A stretch of 64,000 nucleotides of DNA, taken from assembly GCA_944384525.1 (NCBI GenBank), contig CALWTR010000046.1, forward strand, positions 3,868 through 67,867. The letters are read 5' to 3'. This document shows positions 11,286 to 19,901 of this stretch, piece after piece. The stretch comes from an uncultured Clostridia bacterium. GTDB lineage: Bacteria > Bacillota > Clostridia > Oscillospirales > CAG-272. A model generated the notes under the pieces. The model was not told the DNA's origin and searched no databases. It was given only the letters and a program-made list of their open reading frames with translations. Position 1 is the stretch's first letter, and each line of letters starts with the position of its first letter. Made by a program: the position numbers and the translations under genes.

Positions 11286-12434
11286 TTATCCATTCATTCT
11301 GACAGGAAGTACCATGTAAAAATATTTTTCCTTTTCATTCTGTTCCGCCCCTTCGAGGGTTATGGCCTGCGTAGGAGATTTCATCGTTATTTTTATATTC
11401 TGATCTTCAAGTGATTTTACCGCGCTTATGAGAAGGCGGCAGTTGAATCCTATCTCAATATCGTCTCCCTCATGAACGCAGTCCATTTCATCATATACTT
11501 TTCCGTTGGCGGATACGGATTCGAACTCCATTTTATCATCTTTTACAGTTATTTTGACATATCCTCTTCCGCTGCCCTGTATCTTTTCCTCCGCTATGAG
11601 ATTGGCTCTTTCAAGCGCGGAAAGAAGAGCCTCTCTGTCCAGAGTTACAAATACTGTCTGAGACGAAGGTATCAGTCTCTCATATTCTATATAATCTCCG
11701 TCAACCGTGCGAGTGAAAAAGATTATGTCATCCATTTTTATAACGGCATGCTTCCTCGCAATAAAAATACTTACCTTTTTGCCGTCCTCATCCGGAAGTA
11801 TTTTAAGAAGCTCACTCAGAGAATGTCCCGGGAGACGGAGATTTATCTTTTCTTCGCTCCCTTTTCCTATAGAATTTATATCACATACAGCCTCAGCAGT
11901 AGAGAGAGAAACTCCGTTGCAGGAAACAGCCTTTATCCGGTCTCCCTCTATTTCGATAAGAGCTCCGTTTATATTGGTCCTCTCTGTATCGGATACTGAG
12001 TTTATAACTTTTGATATAATTTTTCTGAAAAGGGAAGATGATATCTCAAAACCTCTCTCATCAGAAAGCTCCGGAAGGCTTGGAAATTCAGATCCCTTCA
12101 TGGACTGCATCGAAAAACTGCTTCTTCCGCTCTTTATGGTACAGCTCAGATCCTCCTTTACTTCTATCGTCATAAATTCGTCCGATAAAACTCTGACCGT
12201 CTGAAGAAGTCTCTGCGCATTTATTATGTATTTTCCTTCCTCTTCGATGGACTCGGCATCTATGTAAGCCTTGAAACCCTTATTCATATCATAAGTTGAA
12301 ATTTCGATTTTACCGTCATCTCTGGTCTCTATCAGTACACCTTCTATTGAGCGAATGGTGTTTTTAACGGAAACAGATCCCATTGCCGGGATGAGCTTGT
12401 CGAGCAGTGCAGCTTTTGATACCGTGAATTTCAT
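11286..12434 (-). CDS. dnaN: DNA polymerase III beta sliding clamp
   Basis: 382 aa. Begins MKFTVSKAALLDKL, ends MVLPVRMNG-type, and lies immediately downstream of dnaA. Confidence 0.95.
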   Translation of the reverse strand: MKFTVSKAALLDKLIPAMGSVSVKNTIRSIEGVLIETRDDGKIEISTYDMNKGFKAYIDAESIEEEGKYIINAQRLLQTVRVLSDEFMTIEVKEDLSCTIKSGRSSFSMQSMKGSEFPSLPELSDERGFEISSSLFRKIISKVINSVSDTERTNINGALIEIEGDRIKAVSCNGVSLSTAEAVCDINSIGKGSEEKINLRLPGHSLSELLKILPDEDGKKVSIFIARKHAVIKMDDIIFFTRTVDGDYIEYERLIPSSQTVFVTLDREALLSALERANLIAEEKIQGSGRGYVKITVKDDKMEFESVSANGKVYDEMDCVHEGDDIEIGFNCRLLISAVKSLEDQNIKITMKSPTQAITLEGAEQNEKEKYFYMVLPVRMNG

Positions 12435-12522
12435 CTGTTATACCTTCACTTTCTTTTTATCGCGCATTCCGCGATTTAATTAATTTGAATATTTATATAA
12501 AATAGTAATAGGAGCAGTAGTG

Positions 12523-12693
12523 ATGTTGAAATTGTGGAAAAACGTTTTTACCTCTTGTTTACTTGCTTTTTTAGATTTTAATAAAAATATTTTATGTTGA
12601 AATTCTGTTGGATAGATGTTTAAAACTAATAACACTTTTCAAACAAACAAATGTTGAAATAAAATATAAAGCGAGTTTTAAACATTTCAACAA
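12523..12693. repeat. 10-mer ATGTTGAAAT, three direct copies plus one inverted 9/10 copy
   Basis: Direct copies at 12523-12532, 12594-12603 and 12651-12660. Inverted copy ATTTCAACAa at 12684-12693. Confidence 0.8.
12533..12541 (+). promoter_or_regulatory. DnaA-box-like site TGTGGAAAA (1 mismatch to TGTGGATAA)
   Basis: Read directly. It abuts the first ATGTTGAAAT copy. Confidence 0.55.
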
Positions 12694-12694
12694 C

Positions 12695-12703
12695 ATTTCC
12701 ACA
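12695..12703 (-). promoter_or_regulatory. DnaA-box-like site (ATTTCCACA on plus strand; 2 mismatches to TTATCCACA)
   Basis: Read directly. It abuts the inverted copy of the 10-mer. Confidence 0.45.
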
Positions 12704-12839
12704 TTTTAAACAGACTGATAGCTCAGTCATTTATTAAAACTAAAATTTACTTATATGAGAGAATAAAAAAACAAAATATAAAAAATAAAAATGTCAGAAA
12801 CAAAATAGGATGAAATAAAAAATTATAAACAAAGAAAAT

Positions 12840-14261
12840 TTATTTGATTTTTTTCTTAAGATCCTCAATCATTTTTTCATAGTTTGAGACGGTATTGATA
12901 TTGCTTTCGACCTTTGACAGGGAAGACATCACCGTGGTGTGATCGCGATTTATCTCTCCTCCGATTTCCTTTAAATTCATATCCGTCAGATTTCTCATAA
13001 GATATACGCAAACATGACGCGCAGCAGCGATGGTGTCAGTCTTTTTTTTGCTCTTTATATCTTCAACAGTGACGGAAAATTGCTTTGCTACCGTGTTCAT
13101 TATCCTGTCTACAAGAACTGAGCGCGGAACGCTCCCGGGAGCGATCACGGAAATGACTCTGTCTATCGTCTCTTTTGATACCGACTCTCCGGTAAGTGAG
13201 GATATGGCGGATATTTTTTTAAGTACTCCCTCTATCTGTCTTATATTATTATGGAGTCTCTCAGCCATATAATCGGTGAGTTCATCCGAGATGTTGAGAC
13301 CCATATTTTGCGTTTTATTTTTTATTATAGCCTTTCTGAGCTCGAAAGACGGCGGCTGCACGTCTGCAATGAGGCCCCATTCGAACCTTGTCCTTAATCG
13401 GTCTTCAAGTGGTTTTATTTCCTTCGGAGGTCGGTCGGACGTGAGTATTATCTGTTTTTCATCTTCATACAGAGCAGTAAAAGTATGGAAAAACTCTTCC
13501 TGAGTAGATTCCTTGCCCGCTATAAACTGTATATCGTCTATCAGAAGGATATCAGCAGAGCGGAACTTATCTCTGAATTTCTGCGTATTTACGGTGCTTA
13601 TTGCGGCTATCAGCTGATTTGTGAAATCTTCGCTTTTTATGTAAACAATTTTGAGAGACGGATTTTTTGAAAGTATTTCATTTATAACTGCGTAAAGGAG
13701 ATGAGTTTTGCCAAGTCCGCTTGCGCCGTATATGAAAAGAGGATTGTAGGTGGTTGGTTCGTTTGCCACGGCGCGGCAGGCTGCATGAGCAAATTTGTTT
13801 GATTCTCCGACTATGAAATTATCAAAGGTATATTGGCTGAGAGTACTGTTTTTTGAAAAAGGAGAAGATGTCTCTTCACCTACGCTAACATTCTCGATGA
13901 AGGGTAGCTCTTCCTTTTCCTCATTTTTTTCAGAGTCCTCTTTTTCAGGATCGCTCTTTAAAAGATCCGCCCCTGAAAAGCTTTTTTCATCCGGAGATCT
14001 GTCTCCGCTTTTATTTTCGTCGGATTCTATCACCACGCGGACCTCAAAGCCTATAACCTCAGTGAGGGCAGAACTTATATCGTTTATATATCTTTGGGAA
14101 AGAATTTTTTTCTTAAGGTCACTGTTTATGCGAAAGACTGCAAGCTTGTCCGTGAGGTCGGAAAGATAAAGATCCTTGAACCAGAGATCGAAGATGCTGT
14201 CGTAATATTTTTTTCTGATGATATCCAGGACCGCTTGCAGGATCTCTTTCAGCTCATTCAT
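12840..14261 (-). CDS. dnaA: chromosomal replication initiator DnaA
   Basis: Contains AAA+ Walker A GASGLGKTHLL and the C-terminal DnaA signature (RHVCVYLMRNLT...GGEINRDHTTV). The ORF track starts at a GTG (14279). The ATG at 14261 is preferred because AAAGGGGA lies 6 nt upstream of it. Confidence 0.95.
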   Translation of the reverse strand: MNELKEILQAVLDIIRKKYYDSIFDLWFKDLYLSDLTDKLAVFRINSDLKKKILSQRYINDISSALTEVIGFEVRVVIESDENKSGDRSPDEKSFSGADLLKSDPEKEDSEKNEEKEELPFIENVSVGEETSSPFSKNSTLSQYTFDNFIVGESNKFAHAACRAVANEPTTYNPLFIYGASGLGKTHLLYAVINEILSKNPSLKIVYIKSEDFTNQLIAAISTVNTQKFRDKFRSADILLIDDIQFIAGKESTQEEFFHTFTALYEDEKQIILTSDRPPKEIKPLEDRLRTRFEWGLIADVQPPSFELRKAIIKNKTQNMGLNISDELTDYMAERLHNNIRQIEGVLKKISAISSLTGESVSKETIDRVISVIAPGSVPRSVLVDRIMNTVAKQFSVTVEDIKSKKKTDTIAAARHVCVYLMRNLTDMNLKEIGGEINRDHTTVMSSLSKVESNINTVSNYEKMIEDLKKKIK

Positions 14262-14303
14262 AAAAAATCCCCTTTTCACAGATGTAAAAATAAAAAACGC
14301 GGA

Positions 14304-14312
14304 ATATACACA
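14304..14312. promoter_or_regulatory. weak DnaA-box-like site upstream of dnaA (ATATACACA)
   Basis: Two mismatches to TTATCCACA. It is the only box-like sequence seen in the short 141-bp dnaA upstream region. Confidence 0.3.
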
Positions 14313-14402
14313 GACAACTTTTCTTTTATGCGTGCGCGCGTATAATTATATATAATTATAACATATATAAATATAAAAAACAAGGAAAAATAAAATAAAA
14401 AA

Positions 14403-14810
14403 TCAAAAAGACTCGGGCTGCGGGTTTTTCTTTTTTCCGGAGATTCGTTTTGGTCTTCCCCTGAATATAAGAGCGTTTATAAATGCGAAAAAAAGAGACG
14501 CGCCGATACCTCCGGCAGCCGCTGTAACCGGAGCTGTTATTATTCCGGATAGTCCTGATGACAAAACGCTTTCTCTCACTGTTTTAGCTATATTTCCTCC
14601 GAAACCTATAAGAGGGACAGATATCCCACAGCCGGCAAAAGAATATATTTTATCATAGAGCCCCACAGCACCGAGCAAAACTCCTCCTACAACTAAAAAC
14701 ACGAGTATCCTTGCGGGAGTAAGTGCGGTTTTATCTATCACTATCTGTACGGCAAAGCATATCGCTCCTCCGACCAGAAAAGCGGTCGCTATTTTTATGA
14801 ATATTTCCAT
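14403..14810 (-). CDS. spoVAE: stage V sporulation protein AE (SpoVAEb-type)
   Basis: 135 aa membrane protein. Contains FLVGGAICFAVQ...PARILV...GCGISVPLIGFG and is the last gene of a spoVAC-AD-AE arrangement. Confidence 0.9.
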   Translation of the reverse strand: MEIFIKIATAFLVGGAICFAVQIVIDKTALTPARILVFLVVGGVLLGAVGLYDKIYSFAGCGISVPLIGFGGNIAKTVRESVLSSGLSGIITAPVTAAAGGIGASLFFAFINALIFRGRPKRISGKKKNPQPESF

Positions 14811-14858
14811 TATATATCATCCTTTCGTCCGGGCCGCCGAGCGGCCTGCAAAAACATT

Positions 14859-15857
14859 TCAGTCCGATTCTATGACCACTGCGGGGCATATCCCGAAAAT
14901 GGGGATCCTCTGCTGTACCGAAGAGGGACTCATCAGAGCGCCGGTCGACATGAAAAGTATTTTTTTCAGTTCTCTTTTTTCAAGCATCGGAAGATAGTGA
15001 GCGGCCAGCACTGAGGCGGAGCAGCCGCAACCGGAAGCGCCGCTGTGCACGTCTTGCGCATTTCTGTCATAGAGAAGAAGTCCGCAGTCTTCGTGCTTAT
15101 CCCTGATGTCAATGCCGTCTTTGCTCAGCAGCTCGTGAAGGAAAAAAGATCCGGTATCTCCAAGGTCTCCGGTAACTATACGGTCAAAACTTGAAATATC
15201 GTGTTTTTCATCCGAGAACAAAGCAAAAACGCTGTCGGCCGCCGCCGGCGCCATAGCCGCTCCCATATTCGACGCGTCGCAGATCCCGCTGTCTATCATT
15301 TTTCCCGGCATTATTTCGGTTATCCGCACTCCGGACTCCTTTCGCCCGAGCAAAAAGGCGCCGGCAGCAGTGGCTGTCCATTGCGCCGTCGGAGTACGCT
15401 GTCCGCCGTATTCAAGAGGCGTGCGAAATTGTCTTTCCGCGGCACAGTAATGCGAAGAGGTCACCGCCGCGGCTATAGTGTCTCCCTCCGAGGTTTCAAG
15501 ATATAGAGATGACAGCAGAAGAGCTTCGGTACAGGTCGAACAGGCGCCGTAAAGCCCCAGATAAGGTATGCCGAAATTGTAAAGTCCGGAGCTCGACGCC
15601 ACGCATTGATTCTGCAGATCTCCGGCAAACAGGACCTCTACATCCTGCTCGGATATACCTCCTTTTTTGAGAGCGAGAGAAAGCACTGTATGCGCAAGCT
15701 CTCCCTCTGCTTTTTCCCAGCTGTCTGAACCGAAAAGATCGGTTTCGTCGTGAAAATCAAACTTGCAACCAAGCGGACCGCGGTGCTCTTCATATCCTGC
15801 TGCGGAAGCGTAAGAGATAAATGCAGGAGGATTTTTCAGTATCTTTGTTTTTCTCAT
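14859..15857 (-). CDS. spoVAD: stage V sporulation protein AD
   Basis: Thiolase-like fold protein between spoVAC and spoVAE. The ORF track starts at GTG 15869. The ATG at 15857 is preferred because GAGG lies 6 nt upstream. Confidence 0.9.
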   Translation of the reverse strand: MRKTKILKNPPAFISYASAAGYEEHRGPLGCKFDFHDETDLFGSDSWEKAEGELAHTVLSLALKKGGISEQDVEVLFAGDLQNQCVASSSGLYNFGIPYLGLYGACSTCTEALLLSSLYLETSEGDTIAAAVTSSHYCAAERQFRTPLEYGGQRTPTAQWTATAAGAFLLGRKESGVRITEIMPGKMIDSGICDASNMGAAMAPAAADSVFALFSDEKHDISSFDRIVTGDLGDTGSFFLHELLSKDGIDIRDKHEDCGLLLYDRNAQDVHSGASGCGCSASVLAAHYLPMLEKRELKKILFMSTGALMSPSSVQQRIPIFGICPAVVIESD

Positions 15858-15865
15858 ACAAGACC

Positions 15866-16315
15866 TCACGATAATTTTTTAAAAACTTCTACCGCATAAA
15901 GAATTATACCGTACAGAGCTCCGCTGAGTACGGAATACAGTATGACGGGACCCGCAACTGTAAATATCTTTGGCCCGAGTCCGAGGATGAACCCCTCTTT
16001 TTTATTGTCTATCGCGGGAGATACGACCGAATTGGCAAAACCGGTGACAGGGACCAGAGTTCCCGCCCCGGCAAATCTTGCGATCTTATTGAAAATGCCC
16101 AGACCGGTCAAAAATGCCGCCGCGGCTATCAGCGTCACCGTAACGAAAAGCTGTGCCTCTTTTTCGTCTGCAAAATTCAGGTAGATAAAAAACAGAGCTT
16201 GTCCCAGTGCACATATCGCTCCGCCTACAAAAAACGCTTTGACAGAATTCTTTAGTACCGGTGAACGCGGAGACGTTTTTTTTACATGCTCTGCATACTC
16301 CTTACTGCTGTACAT
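15866..16315 (-). CDS. spoVAC: stage V sporulation protein AC
   Basis: Membrane protein with FFVGGAICALGQ and VPVTGFANS motifs. The start at 16315 (MYSSKEY) is preferred over 16336 because AAAGGAGA lies just upstream. Confidence 0.9.
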   Translation of the reverse strand: MYSSKEYAEHVKKTSPRSPVLKNSVKAFFVGGAICALGQALFFIYLNFADEKEAQLFVTVTLIAAAAFLTGLGIFNKIARFAGAGTLVPVTGFANSVVSPAIDNKKEGFILGLGPKIFTVAGPVILYSVLSGALYGIILYAVEVFKKLS

Positions 16316-16443
16316 ATGATCTCCTTTTATCTTCAAATATGAAAATAATTATTTACAAAAATTCAAAAATACGCTTTTGTATATAGTTTTTCAAATAAAA
16401 AAACAAATATTCTCCGGGATAAAAACAATCCATAAAAAAGAAA

Positions 16444-16464
16444 AAGACGGATCAAAGCCGTCTT
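16444..16464 (-). terminator. rho-independent terminator after the DUF2752 gene
   Basis: Stem AAGACGG (16444-16450) / CCGTCTT (16458-16464). On the minus strand a T-rich run follows (plus-strand aaaaaagaaaaa). Confidence 0.65.
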
Positions 16465-16547
16465 TTTAAATATAGATATAAAAGAAAAAATTATAGTTTT
16501 GGCTCAGAGCGTCAGAACAGAAAAAATTAAATAACGGTATGGAGAAT

Positions 16548-16994
16548 TCAGCGCCAGTATACTATGAGATCGTTAAGAGGATCTATACCGAAAAACACCA
16601 GCAGGATATTGCGCACAAAAAAGTGTATCATAACTATTATAGGTATCAATATAAAAATAATAGGTTTTATTTTTCTGGTGATAGATATGTCTCTCTTTAC
16701 AATTGCTTGAAGCATCACTGCGTCGCAAAATGCTATTACTCCGCATGTATACAATATAGCGGGGTAGTATAGAAAAGACTTTACAAGGTCCAGGCGAAAA
16801 AGTGCGTCTACCGAGCGTGAGCCGCCACATCCTGGGCAATAGAGGTGAAATGCGTCGTGAAAAACACATCGGAAGACAGGCAAATCGCTTTCCGATGACA
16901 GTCTGAACGCTATGACGTAAAGCAGAGAAAAAATAAATATAAAGGAATTTAGAAGTATAAAAAACATAAAGAGAGATCTTGTGCTTTTTATCAT
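16548..16994 (-). CDS. DUF2752-family membrane protein
   Basis: 148 aa. Contains the CPGCGGSR motif and four hydrophobic segments. Confidence 0.75.
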   Translation of the reverse strand: MIKSTRSLFMFFILLNSFIFIFSLLYVIAFRLSSESDLPVFRCVFHDAFHLYCPGCGGSRSVDALFRLDLVKSFLYYPAILYTCGVIAFCDAVMLQAIVKRDISITRKIKPIIFILIPIIVMIHFFVRNILLVFFGIDPLNDLIVYWR

Positions 16995-17155
16995 TTCTGC
17001 GCTCCCTGACAGCTTTTAAAGCTGAGGATCGTTATTCATTAAAACAAAGATTTCTGAATTTTTTGCGAGAGGGGGCATTATTATTCTCCTGTTTCGCGGT
17101 CAGTAAAGGAAAATATTCCTCATTTCTGACTTTGTGTCTCTGCGCGATCCAGTCG

Positions 17156-17920
17156 TCAGAGAAGCTGGGCACTTTCCGCGTCGAGCCAGAGAGTTGAGCC
17201 CGTTTTTCTCCTGAGTATGGAGGCGGGGCACTGTTCAGATATGTCTCCGTGAACCGTTCTTTTGACCGCCTCCGCTTTTGAGGAAGAGGGGACCATGCAA
17301 AAGACATGAGAAGCTGAGATGAGGGTAGGGATCGTTAGAGTTATAGCTGACGAGGGCACATCGTCAAAAGAAGGGAAGCATCCGTCGTGTACCTGCTGTT
17401 CCCGGCATCTTTCGTCGAGAGTTACGATCTTTACCGCCTTCGGATCGTTAAAATCAGCGACGTGCGGATCGTTGAAGGCGATATGTCCGTTTTCTCCTAT
17501 GCCCATGCAAACTATATCGCACGGATTTTCCGCAAGCAGTTTCGCATATCTGCGGCACTCATCTTCCGGGCATACGCCGGGAGTGATGAGATTTACGCTT
17601 TTGAACGGCAGACGGTCAAATATCGCATTTTTGAGAAATGAGGAAAAGCGCTGGGGAGCGCCGTCCGGTAAGCCTATATATTCGTCCATGTGAAAGGCAT
17701 TTACTTTTGTAAAGTCGACTCTTCCGTCCCTGCCTGCAGATACTAGCGCAGAGAGAAATTCACGCTGAGACGGCGCGGCGGCAAATATCATATTTACAGA
17801 AGATTTATTGACCAGAAGCTCATTTATTTTTGATATGCAAGCCTCGGCCGCCGCGTGACCCATTTCCTCTCTGGTCGAAAATATTTTTACCGTAAGGCTG
17901 TCTTTTTTAAATTCTTTCAT
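17156..17920 (-). CDS. nagB: glucosamine-6-phosphate deaminase
   Basis: 254 aa. Contains FHMDEYIGL and MGIGENGHIAFNDP motifs and is adjacent to nagA. Confidence 0.9.
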   Translation of the reverse strand: MKEFKKDSLTVKIFSTREEMGHAAAEACISKINELLVNKSSVNMIFAAAPSQREFLSALVSAGRDGRVDFTKVNAFHMDEYIGLPDGAPQRFSSFLKNAIFDRLPFKSVNLITPGVCPEDECRRYAKLLAENPCDIVCMGIGENGHIAFNDPHVADFNDPKAVKIVTLDERCREQQVHDGCFPSFDDVPSSAITLTIPTLISASHVFCMVPSSSKAEAVKRTVHGDISEQCPASILRRKTGSTLWLDAESAQLL

Positions 17921-17942
17921 TCTGTTTCTCCCGTTATATTTG

Positions 17943-19130
17943 TCAGTCGGCGCTGTATATACACGTTCCGCCTATATATGTGCGGCTTATATTTATATCG
18001 CTGTCGAAAACAATGATATCCGCATCCGCTCCGGGACACAGTATCCCTTTGTTCTTGAGAGCCATGATTTTTGCCGGGGTCATAGTCATCATCCGTACAG
18101 CGTCCTCAATAGGTGCTCCGGCAAGCTTTATCATATTTGATACGAGCCTGTCTGCAGTGGCAACACTGCCGGCAAAAGCGGAACGGTCGGGGAGCTTTGC
18201 CACCCCGTCCTCTATGATGCATCTGAGCCCGTTTTTCCGGCTCCCGATCACGCTTTCTCCGTCACCCTCTCCGGCACCGCGCATAGAATCTGTCACAAGA
18301 CAAAGTCTGGATGGGCCGAGTTCGCGGAAGCACAGCCGGAGCAGATTTGCGGGAACATGACAGCCATCCGCGATTATCTCCGCCGAGATGCAGTCAAAAA
18401 TAAAGGGACTTTCAGTAACTCCCGGATATCGGAATGCATTTTTGCGTACTATACCGCTCATTGCACAGTAGAGATGCGTTATGAGCGAGTATCCGTTTTC
18501 TATCGCCTCAGCAACGCAGGCGTCTGTAGCGGAACTGTGGGCTATGGACGCAACTATTCCGCGCGACCGCAGAAATCTTCCGAACTCCATCCCTCCGTCC
18601 AGTTCCGGAGCAGCGCTCCAACGCATTATAAGTCCTCTTCCTGCATCCGCGATCCTGATGTATCTTTCCGGGATCGGCGGACCGACGAGATCGCCTCTCT
18701 GCGCGCCTTTGAAGTCTTCGGAAAAAAATGGTCCTTCAAGGTGAAGTCCCGGCATATTGGCGCCGGGAGACGGTTTTGAATATACTTTTCTGAATATTTC
18801 GATTATTTCCAGAAGCTCCTCGTCCGGGCATGTTGCCGCAGTAGGGAGCAGTGTGGTCGTGCCGTGTCTTGCATGTATCTCGGCCGGCACGAAAAACGCA
18901 TCCTCGCATCCGTCGGTAAAGTCATGGCCGCCGCCACCGTGAGTATGTATATCTATGAATCCGGGGGCAATAAATCTGCCGCAGGCGTCTATCGTCTCTC
19001 CGCGGACCTCTTTCTTGTCATAGGCTCCGACATACGTTATTTTGCCGTTTTCCGTGACCACCATACCGTTTTGCAATATCCGCATCGGGGTCACGACACA
19101 TCCTCCTGTTAAAGTCGCCGCATTTTTCAT
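17943..19130 (-). CDS. nagA: N-acetylglucosamine-6-phosphate deacetylase
   Basis: Amidohydrolase with a GFIDIHTHGGGGHDF motif. The start at 19130 (MKNAATL, preceded by GGAAAGG) is preferred over the ORF-track start at 19211. Confidence 0.9.
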   Translation of the reverse strand: MKNAATLTGGCVVTPMRILQNGMVVTENGKITYVGAYDKKEVRGETIDACGRFIAPGFIDIHTHGGGGHDFTDGCEDAFFVPAEIHARHGTTTLLPTAATCPDEELLEIIEIFRKVYSKPSPGANMPGLHLEGPFFSEDFKGAQRGDLVGPPIPERYIRIADAGRGLIMRWSAAPELDGGMEFGRFLRSRGIVASIAHSSATDACVAEAIENGYSLITHLYCAMSGIVRKNAFRYPGVTESPFIFDCISAEIIADGCHVPANLLRLCFRELGPSRLCLVTDSMRGAGEGDGESVIGSRKNGLRCIIEDGVAKLPDRSAFAGSVATADRLVSNMIKLAGAPIEDAVRMMTMTPAKIMALKNKGILCPGADADIIVFDSDINISRTYIGGTCIYSAD

Positions 19131-19236
19131 AGCCTTCAGCCTTTCCTGATCGCTTTTTTCGGAATTTCCGGGAAACATAATAATTTTAACACAAAGTCGT
19201 TTATATTTCAATAAAAGATCTGTATTTTGACATGTG

Positions 19237-19265
19237 ACTATAATTTTGCCGGGCTGCTATTGCAA
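19237..19265 (-). promoter_or_regulatory. candidate sigma-A promoter for nagA-nagB (TTGCAA-17-TATAGT)
   Basis: Minus-strand -35 at 19260-19265, a 17-nt spacer, and -10 at 19237-19242. Confidence 0.45.
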
Positions 19266-19288
19266 TTTACAGGACTAAATGGTATAAT
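19260..19288 (+). promoter_or_regulatory. candidate sigma-A promoter with extended -10 (TTGCAA-17-TATAAT, TGg upstream)
   Basis: -35 at 19260-19265, and TGgTATAAT at 19280-19288. It lies upstream of the DUF4190 gene. Confidence 0.5.
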
Positions 19289-19352
19289 TTTTACAGATAC
19301 ATGGTGATTTATTTCGGTCCCGATCAATATATACGGTAAAGGGGGAGTTCTT

Positions 19353-19772
19353 TTGAACAACGGAGAATATAACAACGGAAACAACGGCGGGGTAAAATAC
19401 GAGCCGATAGATATAAACAAGGCGCTGCCTCCGACGAGAGGTTTTTCGATAGCGTCTATGGTCTTAGGCATACTTTCGCTCATAACCTGTTGCTGTGTAT
19501 ATATATCTATACTTTTCGGCGCCCTTGCCGTAGTATTTGCGCTGATTTCGCGCAAAAAGATAGGCGTGCTCGACGGGATGTCTATCGCGGGTCTTATCTG
19601 CGGCATACTGGGCTTTGTGATAGGAATAGCAATAATCATATATGTCAATACTCCCGGAGGACAGGCGGCTATAAACTCTTTCATGGAAGAATGGGAAAGA
19701 GCGCTTGAGGAAGCACAGAACGGCACCGGCGGCAACGGCGGGATAGGCGGTTCCGGCAGATACGAGATCTGA
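19353..19772 (+). CDS. DUF4190-family small membrane protein
   Basis: 139 aa. TTG start preceded by AAAGGGGGAG. G/N-rich N-terminus and two hydrophobic hairpin segments typical of DUF4190. Confidence 0.7.
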   Translation: MNNGEYNNGNNGGVKYEPIDINKALPPTRGFSIASMVLGILSLITCCCVYISILFGALAVVFALISRKKIGVLDGMSIAGLICGILGFVIGIAIIIYVNTPGGQAAINSFMEEWERALEEAQNGTGGNGGIGGSGRYEI

Positions 19773-19901
19773 TACAAGGCAATTGTCAGATAAAGCGCGG
19801 CGGATCTTGCGGAAAAGTGATTGCGGATGACTTATATTCGGTCTGACGCACATCCGTTCACGCGCTCTGCCGCGCGTATTTTATTTTACAGGAGAGGGAA
19901 A

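Larger units (their letters stand above)
12435..12839. other. probable oriC (dnaA-dnaN spacer with DnaA-box-like sites and AT-rich unwinding region)
   Basis: 405-bp non-coding spacer of roughly 15-25% G+C (manual counts of individual lines) against ~50% in flanking genes. It holds degenerate DnaA boxes, and the extremely AT-rich part is 12721-12839. Confidence 0.7.

Noticed and set aside
16337-16440. Sigma-G/sigma-F-type forespore promoter expected upstream of spoVAC.
   Set aside because: A GAATA...N18...ACTATA arrangement is visible on the minus strand, but it does not match the -10 consensus (CATAnTA) well enough to call by eye.
19227-19244. TTGACA followed by TATAAT on the plus strand.
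   Set aside because: The spacer is only 6 nt, which is incompatible with a functional sigma-A promoter.
19225-19300. NagR/GntR (dre-like) operator near nagA (TGGTATA and TATAGTCACA elements).
   Set aside because: These are only partial half-site resemblance to the dre palindrome as I remember it. They coincide with the -10 elements and cannot be distinguished from promoter sequence without a matrix scan.
19238-19777. 179-aa minus-strand ORF opposite the DUF4190 gene.
   Set aside because: It is antisense to a gene with a good RBS and typical DUF4190 features. Its translation is Pro/Ser/Ile-rich, and it would run through the divergent promoter region.
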